Below are positions 9,914-19,724 of a stretch of 64,000 nt of DNA, piece by piece. Within the stretch, counting starts at the first letter, position 1. Every line of letters begins with the position of its first letter. The notes under the pieces are model-generated. The model did no database searches, was not told the origin of the DNA, and saw nothing but the letters and a program-made list of their open reading frames with translations. This DNA comes from Candidatus Binataceae bacterium (lineage in GTDB: Bacteria > Desulfobacterota > Binatia > Binatales > Binataceae): positions 5,030 to 69,029 of the forward strand of contig DATKML010000024.1 of the NCBI GenBank assembly GCA_035541875.1, read 5' to 3'. The translations under genes and the position numbers were made by a program.

Positions 9914-11149
9914 ATGACGGCTCGGGAACGTCAGGGATGGGTGATCGTCGGTACGCTGTTTTTGGTCTTGGTCTTCGTTTTCGGCGGCGGCTACAACACG
10001 ATGCCCGTGTTTCTGCCGGGCTTGCTGAAGGCGTTTCCCAACTGGACGCATAAGCAGGTCTCGATTTTGCCCAGCGTCCTGGCCGCATCGGCGGGGTTGA
10101 GCGTGCTGCCGGTCGGATGGCTCCTCGATCGTATCGAAGCTCGTATCGTGATGGTAATCGGCGGGCTCGCTGCCGGCACAGCGTTTCTTCTCGCTAGTCA
10201 GGCGAATGGTCTAGGGACACTGATCGGTGCCTACCTGCTCGTTGGAGTCGGAATCTCCGCTGGAACGATTCTGCCGGCGGCATACGTTGTTGCGAATTGG
10301 TTTACGGCTCGTCGTGGACTCGCGATGGGAATCACCAACGCCGGCTCGACCACCGGCGGGATGGTGATGACGCTCGTAGCGGGTTATGCGATTCGCAACT
10401 GGGGTTGGCGCACAGCCTATATGACAGTCGGGCTGCCGATGATTCTTATCGCAGTGCCGGCGATTGTGCTCGTCGTACGTAGCCGACCTGCCGAAGCGGC
10501 TGAATCACGTACCAAGGTATCGACGGATCTGGCTGGCTTCGAGACCGGAGAAGCACTCAGGACGCGCTCATTCTGGATGATCGCGATCGCGAACTTTTGT
10601 TTCGGGCTGTCGGCGACGGGCACGGCGATCCATATGGTCGCCTACCTCGAGGGGGTCGGCTACAGCAATGCGACTGCCGCTCTGCTGATGAGTCTGATGT
10701 TCGGGCTGGCCGCGATCGGCAAAGTAGTGTTCGGGATGTTCGCCGACCGCACGAGCGCTCGTTTTTCGCTCAGTCTCAATTATGCGCTCCAGGCAGGGGG
10801 ACTAGTCCTGGTCTTTGCGATTGGTCGCTCCGGCGTGATGCCACTCTTTGTCATAGCCTACGGACTGACCGTAGCAGCTCCATTGATGCTGTTGCCACTA
10901 GTGCTGGCCGAATCGGTTGGGTTGCGCCGCTTTGGACTCCTTGGAGGCTTCGTCGGATTGACGCAGACTTTCGGTGCGACGCTGGGACCTATGGTATCAG
11001 GCGCGATCTTCGACGCCACTAAAAGTTATTCGCTAGCGTTCGACCTCTTTATCGCGATTAACCTGATAGGCGCAGTCGCGGCCTTTGCCTGCCGACCCTT
11101 CTCCGCTGCTCAAAGCGTGGCTGAACCTATCCAATCTGCTGTCGGCTAA
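9914..11149 (+). CDS. MFS transporter
   Basis: A 411-aa protein with about 12 predicted TM helices and an MFS-like repeat structure. Confidence 0.7.
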   Translation: MTARERQGWVIVGTLFLVLVFVFGGGYNTMPVFLPGLLKAFPNWTHKQVSILPSVLAASAGLSVLPVGWLLDRIEARIVMVIGGLAAGTAFLLASQANGLGTLIGAYLLVGVGISAGTILPAAYVVANWFTARRGLAMGITNAGSTTGGMVMTLVAGYAIRNWGWRTAYMTVGLPMILIAVPAIVLVVRSRPAEAAESRTKVSTDLAGFETGEALRTRSFWMIAIANFCFGLSATGTAIHMVAYLEGVGYSNATAALLMSLMFGLAAIGKVVFGMFADRTSARFSLSLNYALQAGGLVLVFAIGRSGVMPLFVIAYGLTVAAPLMLLPLVLAESVGLRRFGLLGGFVGLTQTFGATLGPMVSGAIFDATKSYSLAFDLFIAINLIGAVAAFACRPFSAAQSVAEPIQSAVG

Positions 11150-11272
11150 TCGCCCTAGCTTCGCCTTTGCTACGCCGCTCTTTCGCTCCGGGCTCGAGTC
11201 TTATCGCTGTAATTAAGTAGTAGGATTAAGTCTGAACCAGCGATAGTTTCTATTTAGTTGTAGTAAGTCTAA

Positions 11273-12643
11273 TTGGCTCAGCTTGCGGCTTTGGCCAGTG
11301 ACACGATGAAAATCGAGCGGCGCTACTTTATTTGTTTGATCGCAGCTATTGGATTCCTGTCCTACCTTGCAGGTTTCGTCACCACTACGCTGCAGGTCTT
11401 TCCCTACAGTTTCTTCCGCGAAGCCTTTGTGAGTCTGCATCCCAATGACCCGGTCGTCGCACTTGAGGACTCGGATATGTACGTCCGTGTGGCGCCCGGC
11501 AAAACCGGGGTGACCCGTGCCGATTCCTCGCGTACTTATGACGGCTATACTTTGTTTTCCTCGGCATCCGGTCCGAACGCATATCTGGTGGATATGGCGG
11601 GCCGAATCGTTCACGAGTGGTCTCTACCGTACAGCAATGTCTGGAACTCCAAATCAGCGATAAAGGAGCCCGTTGGCTCCAATCTGATTTTTTGGCGTAA
11701 GGCATACCTGTATCCCAACGGCGACTTGCTTGCCATATACGAATCGTGGGCCGATCATCCGTTCGGCTATGGGTTGGTTAAGGTCGATCGCAACTCGCGT
11801 CCGTTGTGGTCTTACCTTGACCACGTGCATCACGACGTTGAAGTTGCACCCGACGGTCGGATCTATGCGTTGAGTCATCGATGGGCCAACGATGTGGTGC
11901 GAAGTTTGCCCGATTACGTTGCTGACGGACATTATGAAGACTTTGTGAACGTCATATCGCCCGACGGCAGGTTGTTACAGCGCGTGTCCGTTCTGGATGC
12001 GCTGGGCAATTCACCTTATGCGCGACTGATCGGTTTGCAGCGTACTTATTTTGATCCGCTACATAGCAACGAAATAACGCCGGTATCGGCAGAATGGGCG
12101 CATCGGCTGGGCGCACGAGGCAACAACAACGTATTGGTGTCCTTACGCAACCTCGATTCTCTAGCGTTGATTGATACCGATGCGGCATCGGTGGTCTGGC
12201 TGAAACGAGGCCCCTTCGCTCGGCAGCATTGTAGTGACGTACTGCCGAACGGCGATATTACGGTCTTCGACAATCTTGGCGACATGGCTCACGGCGCATC
12301 GTCGCGTGTTATCGAATTCAAGCCTCAATCGACTCAGATCGAATGGGAATTTCCCGGGGACAGCAACGAGCAGCTACACAGTCCGATTCTCGGATGCGCC
12401 CAGCGCCTGCCCAACGGCAATACGCTGATCACGGAAGGTGAGGGCGGCCGCGTCTTCGAGGTGGCGACCGATAAGCAAGTGGTGTGGGAGTATTACAACC
12501 CCATGCGTGTCGGCAAGGCGCGTAATTTCACACCGGTGGTTTTTTCCGGACGGCGTTACTCACCGCAAGAAATCCATTTCGAATTCAATCGCGATCCGCA
12601 GGCGAACCTGCGGGTGGCTTCCGCGACGAAGGAGCGACGATGA
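11273..12643 (+). CDS. Arylsulfotransferase (ASST)-like beta-propeller protein with an N-terminal membrane anchor
   Basis: Repeated LPNGN[TI]L / DxxHHDVE / HSNEI blades are typical of ASST-like propellers. The N-terminus has a TM segment and the start may be the internal Met at 11306. The stop overlaps the next start (ATGA). Confidence 0.5.
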   Translation: MAQLAALASDTMKIERRYFICLIAAIGFLSYLAGFVTTTLQVFPYSFFREAFVSLHPNDPVVALEDSDMYVRVAPGKTGVTRADSSRTYDGYTLFSSASGPNAYLVDMAGRIVHEWSLPYSNVWNSKSAIKEPVGSNLIFWRKAYLYPNGDLLAIYESWADHPFGYGLVKVDRNSRPLWSYLDHVHHDVEVAPDGRIYALSHRWANDVVRSLPDYVADGHYEDFVNVISPDGRLLQRVSVLDALGNSPYARLIGLQRTYFDPLHSNEITPVSAEWAHRLGARGNNNVLVSLRNLDSLALIDTDAASVVWLKRGPFARQHCSDVLPNGDITVFDNLGDMAHGASSRVIEFKPQSTQIEWEFPGDSNEQLHSPILGCAQRLPNGNTLITEGEGGRVFEVATDKQVVWEYYNPMRVGKARNFTPVVFSGRRYSPQEIHFEFNRDPQANLRVASATKERR

Positions 12644-12909
12644 ACCTCATTAGTACGGAGCGGCAATTGCTCCGCTACCTGCCCGTGATGACGGTGATTG
12701 TTCTCATCGCCCAGCCGGGCCTGGCGCATGCGTATGTCGGGCCCGCGGCGACGATGAACTTCTTTGGTGCGGCATTCGGCCTTATCGCCGCCATTCTCTC
12801 GGCGATCGGGGTCCTACTGTTCTGGCCGATGAAGATCTTCTTGCGCTTTGTCTGCCGTGTGATTTCTCCAGCTCAGGCCCGGACGGTGGAAAGCGAAAGC
12901 GCCGGCTAA
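12640..12909 (+). CDS. Small membrane protein (89 aa)
   Basis: A signal-like/TM N-terminus plus a second TM helix. ATGA overlap with the upstream gene indicates co-translation. Confidence 0.45.
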   Translation: MNLISTERQLLRYLPVMTVIVLIAQPGLAHAYVGPAATMNFFGAAFGLIAAILSAIGVLLFWPMKIFLRFVCRVISPAQARTVESESAG

Positions 12910-12921
12910 CCCGTTAATAAT

Positions 12922-13383
12922 GTGATCGCAGCGCTCAACCATATTGTCGCGCAGGTCGATCATCAGCTGGGCATCCTGATGCCCTGGTGGCTTGTCCTCA
13001 TTCTCTGGGGACTAATCGCTGGCGGGCTTTCTGCCGTAATCTATTGGCTCACGGCCCCCGAAAAGCGCTTGGCGGAGGCACGTAAAGAGGCTGCCGACGC
13101 TCGCCTGCTCCTGAATCGCTATATCGACCACGACGCCGAGTTTGGGCGTACGATGAAGCAAGCTTGGACATCGATTCGCCTATCCCTCAAGGAGGTTGGG
13201 CTCAGTGCCGGCCCGACGTTATTCTCCTGCGTTCCCGGTCTTGTTCTTATCGGCGCGGTTGGGCGGACCCCACAAGATCGACTTGTAGTCGATCTGCCCT
13301 GGTGGTGTAGCGGGGAGGCCGTGTTCTTTGCCTCGGCAATTCTCGCCGCGCTGGCGCTGCGACGGGTGCTGGCTCATCGATGA
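12922..13383 (+). CDS. Hypothetical membrane protein (153 aa)
   Basis: Two or three TM helices. The stop overlaps the sulfotransferase start (ATGA). Confidence 0.45.
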   Translation: MIAALNHIVAQVDHQLGILMPWWLVLILWGLIAGGLSAVIYWLTAPEKRLAEARKEAADARLLLNRYIDHDAEFGRTMKQAWTSIRLSLKEVGLSAGPTLFSCVPGLVLIGAVGRTPQDRLVVDLPWWCSGEAVFFASAILAALALRRVLAHR

Positions 13384-14597
13384 GCTCCGCGCCAGCAACG
13401 CCAGCCGCCTCGAATCCCGCCGACGGGTTTTACATCAACCGATGGATCCATTCACTCGGCGGCCTGATCGAACGCCATCCGGGCTGGATGATCCGGTTGA
13501 GCCGCTCGGAATCGAAGGTTCTCTCTGGGCAATTATCCAAAATAAAGATCGAGCAGCCGATTTTTATCGCGGGCCTTGCGCGATCGGGTACCACGATACT
13601 CCTTGAGGTTATCGCGGGGCTCGATGGGATCGGGACACATCGTTATCGCGACTATCCGGCGGTGATGACGCCGTATCTCTGGGATTGGTGGCTCGCCAAG
13701 GCTGGTGCGAAGGCCGGCGAACGCGTCGAGCGGGCTCATCGTGACGGAATCTTTGTCGACGCGGATAGCCCGGAAGCGATGGAGGAGGTGATCTGGATGA
13801 CCTTCTTCTCCCATTTGCATGATCCGTCACAGCGCAACGTCCTCGATGGGTCGAGCAGCAACACGGCGTTCGAGACTTTCTATCGCGATCATCTGCGCAA
13901 GTTGCTGATTGTACGACACGCCCACCGATACGCGTCGAAGGGTAATTACAATCTGGCGCGACTCGCCTATATACATCGGCTTTTTCCCGATGCGCGCTTC
14001 ATCGTGCCGATTCGGCATCCGGCGACGCACATCGCCTCGCTGATTAAGGAGCATCGTCTGTTCAACGAAGCCGCCGCGTCTGATCCACGAACCGTCGAAC
14101 ATCTGCGGCGCGTAGGTCATTTTGAATTTGGCGCTGACCTGCGGCCAATCAACGTTGGCGATACCAGTAAAATTGAGGAAATCCAGCAGCTCTGGAAAAG
14201 CGGCGAGGAAGTTCGCGGATGGGCACGCTATTGGGCGATGATCTATGGCTATGTCGCGGATCAACTCGAGAGTGATACTGAGCTACGCGACGCGACTCTG
14301 ATCGTGCGCTTCGAGGATCTCTGCACTGATCCAGCGGCGACACTCGAACACATCTTCGCGCACTGCCGCCTCGCCGACGAAAAAGCGATTGCCAACTGGG
14401 CCGAGCGCCTGCACTTACCGACTTACTACATCGCCAATTTCTCCACCGCAGACGAAGCGATAATCGAAGAAGAGGCGCGAGCGGTTCGGCGTCGCTTCGG
14501 CTACGACGACTCCGGGTCGCAACCACTTTTAGACATCGTCAGCCGTTCTGCCGATAAGGAAATCGATTGTCTTCAGCCGGTCGATCCTCCTTACTAA
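13380..14597 (+). CDS. Sulfotransferase family protein (PAPS-type)
   Basis: A 5'-PSB-like P-loop GLARSGTT and an RHPATHIAS motif that matches the 3'-PB motif. Length is 405 aa. Confidence 0.65.
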   Translation: MSSAPATPAASNPADGFYINRWIHSLGGLIERHPGWMIRLSRSESKVLSGQLSKIKIEQPIFIAGLARSGTTILLEVIAGLDGIGTHRYRDYPAVMTPYLWDWWLAKAGAKAGERVERAHRDGIFVDADSPEAMEEVIWMTFFSHLHDPSQRNVLDGSSSNTAFETFYRDHLRKLLIVRHAHRYASKGNYNLARLAYIHRLFPDARFIVPIRHPATHIASLIKEHRLFNEAAASDPRTVEHLRRVGHFEFGADLRPINVGDTSKIEEIQQLWKSGEEVRGWARYWAMIYGYVADQLESDTELRDATLIVRFEDLCTDPAATLEHIFAHCRLADEKAIANWAERLHLPTYYIANFSTADEAIIEEEARAVRRRFGYDDSGSQPLLDIVSRSADKEIDCLQPVDPPY

Positions 14598-14608
14598 ATC
14601 CAGAAGCT

Positions 14609-15148
14609 ATGCGAATCGTGAAGAAGCTGGCCTTGATTGCCGTGGGATACGGTGTGGCTGTAGCCGGAGGTATCGCCGCGGCAGCCATCAATGATCTGCC
14701 GATCCCGAATTCTATCCAACAGACCTCAGGGGGCATGGCCGCCTTCGGCGACATGGTCCTGTTCGTGCTGGTCACCGGGCTGCTAAGCTTGGTGCCAACG
14801 TGGCTTTTGCTCAAGCTATGGCTCGATAAAGCTCCGCGCACCTTGGTCGCTGCGGAACTCCTGCTTGCCGCGATTGGACCCGCGAGTTGGATCGCCGTTG
14901 TTTATCTGGCGGCAGGGCCAGCCCCGCGGGATCTACCCAACGCCTTTGCCGGCGTGCTCGGACTAATCATAGCGTTCGGCGCGATCCCACGGATGGTGCT
15001 CGGCCCGGTCCTCTTGATCGTTGAGGGTGTGACCTTTCTTTTCATCCGGGAGCGCCTTGCGCGGATGCTGCTCTCGGCGGCGATGTTGATGGATATCATC
15101 CCGTTGAGCATGTTCGCGCTGCATATCGCGGCCGCAAGAATCGGATAG
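14609..15148 (+). CDS. Hypothetical polytopic membrane protein
   Basis: Four to five TM helices. The ATG at 14609 was preferred over the track start at 14567, which overlaps the sulfotransferase. Confidence 0.45.
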   Translation: MRIVKKLALIAVGYGVAVAGGIAAAAINDLPIPNSIQQTSGGMAAFGDMVLFVLVTGLLSLVPTWLLLKLWLDKAPRTLVAAELLLAAIGPASWIAVVYLAAGPAPRDLPNAFAGVLGLIIAFGAIPRMVLGPVLLIVEGVTFLFIRERLARMLLSAAMLMDIIPLSMFALHIAAARIG

Positions 15149-15172
15149 GCCCGCGAGGGAAAAACCGCCGCT

Positions 15173-16372
15173 TCAGATTATTCCTTGCAGCCTGAGTCGC
15201 TGGAGTTCCGCGTCACCCAAGCCCAGTAGTGAAGAGTAGATTTCGCTGTTGTGCTGACCGAGTAGCGGCGCACTCTTTACCTCGACTGGTGAGTCTTCGA
15301 GCTTGACTGGACATCCGGGTATCGTAACTCTCCCACGCACCGGATGGTCGATCGTCACGATCATCTCGCGCTCGCGCAGATGCGGGTCGTTGAGCAGTTC
15401 GACGCTGTCGAGTACTGCGCCGCAGGGCACATCGGCCTCGCCGAGGATCCGCATCACCTCCTGCTTGGTGTGCTGCGATGTCCAGCTCTCGACGATCGCA
15501 ACCAGCTCCTCAAAATGATCGCGGCGTGATTTGCGATCAGTAAATTTCGGATCGGTCGCGACTTCGGGACGGCCCATCGTCTTGAAGAGCGACTCCCACA
15601 TGTCCTGATTCGAGCAGTAGATATAGACGTAGTCGTTGGGGCCGCCCGGAGCACACTTGAAGATATCGCCAAGTGGTCCGGCGCCGAGACGATTACCGAC
15701 ACGTGGTGTCGCCTTTCCCGTGAGATAGGTCCCCATCATCGGCACGCGGACGAAATTCAGCACCGCTTCCTGCATCGCGACTTCTACCTTCTGCCCCTTA
15801 CCGGTGCGCTCGCGCTGATAGAGGGCCGCAATCACGCCAACGGCTGCATGCATCCCGGTGCCGGTATCGCCGATCGTCGGGCCCGGCTTGAGCGGTGGCG
15901 ATCCCGGGAAGCCCGTCAGCGCCATCGCACCGCCGGCAGCTTGCGCAATCATGTCGAAGCTTTTGTACTGGCTATACGGACCATAGGTGCCGAAGCCCTT
16001 GACCGTCATGTAGATGAGCCGCGGATTGATTTCGCGCAGTCGCTCGTAACCGAGGCCGAAACTCTCCATCGTGCCAAGCGTATAGTTCTCGCTCACGATA
16101 TCGACGTGCTTCACCAGATCGAGAAAGATTTGCTTGCCTTGCTCCGACTTGAGGTTGAGTGTGATGCTCCGCTTGTTCGCGTTCAGCAGGAGGAAGTAGT
16201 AGGAATCGACGCCGGGTTGCTCGGTGATACGCCAGCGACCTTGTTCGCCGCGCTTCGGCTCTTCGACTTTGATCACGTCGGCGCCGAGCCACGCGAGCAT
16301 CTCGGTGCACGAGGGCCCAGCTTCGTATTGCGTTAGATCGAGTACCTTTACACCGGCCAGCGCCTTTTCCAT
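15173..16372 (-). CDS. CaiB/BaiF family (class III) CoA-transferase
   Basis: The N-terminus LAGVKVLDLTQYEAGPSCTEMLAWLGADVIKVE is the family III CoA-transferase signature. Confidence 0.85.
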   Translation of the reverse strand: MEKALAGVKVLDLTQYEAGPSCTEMLAWLGADVIKVEEPKRGEQGRWRITEQPGVDSYYFLLLNANKRSITLNLKSEQGKQIFLDLVKHVDIVSENYTLGTMESFGLGYERLREINPRLIYMTVKGFGTYGPYSQYKSFDMIAQAAGGAMALTGFPGSPPLKPGPTIGDTGTGMHAAVGVIAALYQRERTGKGQKVEVAMQEAVLNFVRVPMMGTYLTGKATPRVGNRLGAGPLGDIFKCAPGGPNDYVYIYCSNQDMWESLFKTMGRPEVATDPKFTDRKSRRDHFEELVAIVESWTSQHTKQEVMRILGEADVPCGAVLDSVELLNDPHLREREMIVTIDHPVRGRVTIPGCPVKLEDSPVEVKSAPLLGQHNSEIYSSLLGLGDAELQRLRLQGII

Positions 16373-16504
16373 CGGAGTTCCCTCTCCTTTTTACGGAACC
16401 ACTGCGCGGGTCCCATTTTTTCATCCTGAGCCAGCGAGCAACGCGAGCTGTGCCGAAGGATCTACGCGAAGCGATTCGACCGAACCCTTTTCAGCAGGGT
16501 TTTC

Positions 16505-17338
16505 TTAATTTCCCCAGACTGTGCCGCCATCGACGTTGATAGCTTGTCCGGTAATCCATTTACCGCGGTCGGTAACGAGGAAGTACACGATCTCGGCGCA
16601 CTCGCTACCGTCGCCTGGATAGCCAAGCGGGATCATTGTCTTGATGAACTTTTCCCAGTTCTCGCCGCGCCCGAGGTCATCCATCCGGAAGGTATCGATG
16701 ATTCCTGGGCAGAGCGCGTTGACACGGATTTTGTGTGGCGCCAGCTCCATCGCCATCGAATGGCTGAGGGCATTGATCGCGGCTTTCGACGAGGCGTACG
16801 CGGCCATGTTTGCGGCTGCGATCTTGCTCGCGATCGATGAGATATTCACGATACTGCCGCCGTCGCGCTGTCTGATCATCTGGCGAGCGGCGACGCGCGA
16901 GAGCAGGAAGGTCCCATCGACGTTGGTTGCATAGACTTTCTTCCATACGTCGAAGGGCAGGTCGATTGCCGCCACTCGATCAGGGCCGCGGGCTGCACTC
17001 GCGTTGTTGATCACGATATCAATCCGGCCGAACTCCTTGATCGTGCGATCGACGAGTTCGTTCACCGCCTTCTCGTCACGGATATCGGAGACCAGCGCGA
17101 GACACTTCGCGCCCTCTTTGCGAATTTCGTCCGCGACGCTGTCGATATCGCGCCATCCGGCGGCTTTCTCGTCGTCCGGATAATCCGCCGGTTTGCGCCC
17201 CGTACCGGTGATAACAATCGAAGCACCGGCCTGCGCCAGCTTCTTCGCAATCGGTCGCCCGATACTGCGCATCCGCCCCGCGCCGGTGATAATGACAACT
17301 TTGCCCGCCAAATCCTGCTTCATTTCCATCACTCCCAT
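16505..17338 (-). CDS. SDR family oxidoreductase
   Basis: A TGAGRxxxIG Rossmann motif and a YxxxK catalytic region in a 277-aa protein. Confidence 0.8.
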   Translation of the reverse strand: MGVMEMKQDLAGKVVIITGAGRMRSIGRPIAKKLAQAGASIVITGTGRKPADYPDDEKAAGWRDIDSVADEIRKEGAKCLALVSDIRDEKAVNELVDRTIKEFGRIDIVINNASAARGPDRVAAIDLPFDVWKKVYATNVDGTFLLSRVAARQMIRQRDGGSIVNISSIASKIAAANMAAYASSKAAINALSHSMAMELAPHKIRVNALCPGIIDTFRMDDLGRGENWEKFIKTMIPLGYPGDGSECAEIVYFLVTDRGKWITGQAINVDGGTVWGN

Positions 17339-17515
17339 CCAGCGCTCTAACGCACATGACGGGATTACATCAAGTAGATTCGCTCCGGCGTTCGACTTAT
17401 GCCGATGCTAGCCGTTTTACGCGCGAGGCGCTTCGATGCTAAGCATCGCGGAGCGGCTTGCTGCTCGGGGCAAAAGCGGTGAGCCGACCCGCTAAGAGAA
17501 GAGGAGTTGAGATCG

Positions 17516-17983
17516 ATGGCAAAAAGTATCGAGCAGACTATTACGGAGTTGGCTGATCGCGATCAGATTCGCGAACTGCCGCAGCGTTACTGTGATTGTG
17601 TCTGGCGTGGCGATGTCGAAGGGCTCGTGAAACTGTTCGCCGACGATGGCGGCTTCACCGTCGTCACCAAGGACGGCGAGAGCACCAAGAAGGGCCACGC
17701 CGAGCTTCTGAAGACCTACAAGGCGGCGCTCGACGCGATTACGCCGCGCCCCTATATCCACAATCACGTGATCGACCTGAAAGGCGGCGGCAAGGCGAGC
17801 GGACGCTGCTACGTCGAGCTGCGCGACGCGACGAATAATCTGAGCTGGCTCGGGACCGGCTACTACAATGACGAATACGTGAAGGTCGGCGACGAATGGA
17901 AGTTTGCGTCGCGCCGTGCCCAGATGGTGCACATGGAACCGAAGCTCGCGGCAGGAAACGCCGGAATCGTGGGGAAGAAATAA
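17516..17983 (+). CDS. NTF2/SnoaL-like domain protein, tandem copy 1 of 3
   Basis: MAKSIEQTITELADRDQIRELPQRYCDCVW... has the SnoaL_4/NTF2-like pattern. ATG at 17516 has AGAGGAG upstream. Confidence 0.7.
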   Translation: MAKSIEQTITELADRDQIRELPQRYCDCVWRGDVEGLVKLFADDGGFTVVTKDGESTKKGHAELLKTYKAALDAITPRPYIHNHVIDLKGGGKASGRCYVELRDATNNLSWLGTGYYNDEYVKVGDEWKFASRRAQMVHMEPKLAAGNAGIVGKK

Positions 17984-17985
17984 TC

Positions 17986-18453
17986 ATGGCCAAAACACTT
18001 GAACAGACGATTACCGAACTAGCCGATCGCGATCAGATTCGCGAGCTGCCGCAGCGTTATTGCGATTGTGTCTGGCGCGGCGATGTCGACGGCATCGTGG
18101 CGCTGTTCGCGGATGACGGCGTCTTTACGATCGCCGGGAATAATCGTGAGACCACGAACAAAGGGCACGCTGATCTGAAGAAGACCTATGCGGCTGGCTT
18201 CAAGAATCTGACGCCACGCCCCTATATCCATAACCACGTGATCGAGCTGAAGGGCGACGGTAAGGCGAGCGGACGCTGCTACGTCGAGTTGCGTGACGCG
18301 AGCGATAATCTGAAATGGCTCGGCACTGGCTTCTATCACGATGAGTACGTGAAGGTCGGAGACCAGTGGAAGTTCCAATCGCGCAGCGCACAGATGGTTC
18401 ATATGGAGCCGAAAATGGTCGCGGGAACCGGCGGAATGGGAGAGAAGAAGTAA
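17986..18453 (+). CDS. NTF2/SnoaL-like domain protein, tandem copy 2 of 3
   Basis: About 75% identical to copy 1. It starts 2 bp after the copy-1 stop (TAATCATGG). Confidence 0.7.
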   Translation: MAKTLEQTITELADRDQIRELPQRYCDCVWRGDVDGIVALFADDGVFTIAGNNRETTNKGHADLKKTYAAGFKNLTPRPYIHNHVIELKGDGKASGRCYVELRDASDNLKWLGTGFYHDEYVKVGDQWKFQSRSAQMVHMEPKMVAGTGGMGEKK

Positions 18454-18455
18454 TC

Positions 18456-18893
18456 ATGGCGAAGAGTATCGAGCAGTTGGCGATGGAACTGACGGATCGC
18501 GAAGCGATTCGGGAACTACCACTCAAGTATTGTGATTGCGTATGGCGCAGCGATTCGACGGGAATCGTCGATCTGTTTACCGATGACGGCGAGTTCATCA
18601 CGAAGGGCTTCAAGACCGAGCAGAAAGCTACGGGGCGCGAGGGCTTGATGAAGCTCTACGGCGGCCTCGGGCAGGGCGCTCTCGCTCCGCGTCCGTATAT
18701 CCACAATCACGTGATCGATCTGCAGGGCAACGGCCGCGCGACGGGACGCTGCTACGTCGAGATACGCAATCTCAAGAGCAATCTCGAATGGGCCGGTACC
18801 GGCTACTACGACGATGAATACGTGAAGGTCGGCGACGGATGGAAGTTCAAGTCACGCCTGTTTCATCCGGTTCACTTCTCGGTGAACCCGTAA
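18456..18893 (+). CDS. NTF2/SnoaL-like domain protein, tandem copy 3 of 3
   Basis: More diverged paralog with the same TAATCATGG junction. Confidence 0.7.
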   Translation: MAKSIEQLAMELTDREAIRELPLKYCDCVWRSDSTGIVDLFTDDGEFITKGFKTEQKATGREGLMKLYGGLGQGALAPRPYIHNHVIDLQGNGRATGRCYVEIRNLKSNLEWAGTGYYDDEYVKVGDGWKFKSRLFHPVHFSVNP

Positions 18894-18993
18894 GTTTGCG
18901 GGTTCCAGCCCCTACCGGTGATCGAAGCATCGTTCTAACTCGCATCCCTCTCCCTGAAGGGAGAGGGATGCGAGTTAGAACGATGCGCAATGG

Positions 18994-19689
18994 CTACCGA
19001 GGGACGCCCATTGCCATCAGGAAATCATCGAGATTATCGAAGCGCATGTACATGTTGTGGCGCTTCTGATTCGCGATCGTCGTGCTCGATTCCGACGAAT
19101 ATGCGTGCCCCGGATAGACGACCGTCTCGTCGGGTAGATTCTTCAGCGTATGGTTGAGGCTGTGGTACATGTCTTCGACGTTCGATCCCGGCAGATCGAC
19201 GCGTCCGCATGAATTCACGAAAAGCGTATCGCCCGAGATCAGGTTGCCCTCGACGAGGAAGCACTGCGAGCCCGGCGTATGTCCGGGCGTATGAATGTAC
19301 TTAACCTCAAGATTGCCGACCTTTATGACGTCGCCAGCTTCGACCTTCAGCAAGTCTGAATCGCTGAGCCCGGTAACTTTTTTGACACCCTCGGCCTCAT
19401 GCTTGTTCACGTTGAGCTTGGCGCTGATTTTTCCGACCATCTCGGCGGCGCCCTGGATACTCTGGCCGAAGAGATTCCCGCCGATATGGTCCTGATGGTA
19501 GTGCGTGACGAGGATCTGCTCGATCGTATAGTCCTTGCTCTGGACGTATTCGATGATCCGGTCGATCTCCCACGCCGGATCGACCACGGCGGCTTTGCGG
19601 GTTGTCGGGTCGCCGATGATATAGACGTAGTTCGCCATCGGCCCAAGTTGTGCCTGTACCAGAGAGAGAGTTTCTGCCGTATTCGCCAC
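18994..19689 (-). CDS. MBL-fold metallo-hydrolase (glyoxalase II / persulfide dioxygenase-like)
   Basis: HYHQDHIGG metal-binding motif, HTPGHTPG, and a C-terminal VYPGHAY motif. Confidence 0.75.
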   Translation of the reverse strand: MANTAETLSLVQAQLGPMANYVYIIGDPTTRKAAVVDPAWEIDRIIEYVQSKDYTIEQILVTHYHQDHIGGNLFGQSIQGAAEMVGKISAKLNVNKHEAEGVKKVTGLSDSDLLKVEAGDVIKVGNLEVKYIHTPGHTPGSQCFLVEGNLISGDTLFVNSCGRVDLPGSNVEDMYHSLNHTLKNLPDETVVYPGHAYSSESSTTIANQKRHNMYMRFDNLDDFLMAMGVPR

Positions 19690-19724
19690 GTTAGTCGCTC
19701 CGCCGTTGTTCGCTTTCGTTCGCT

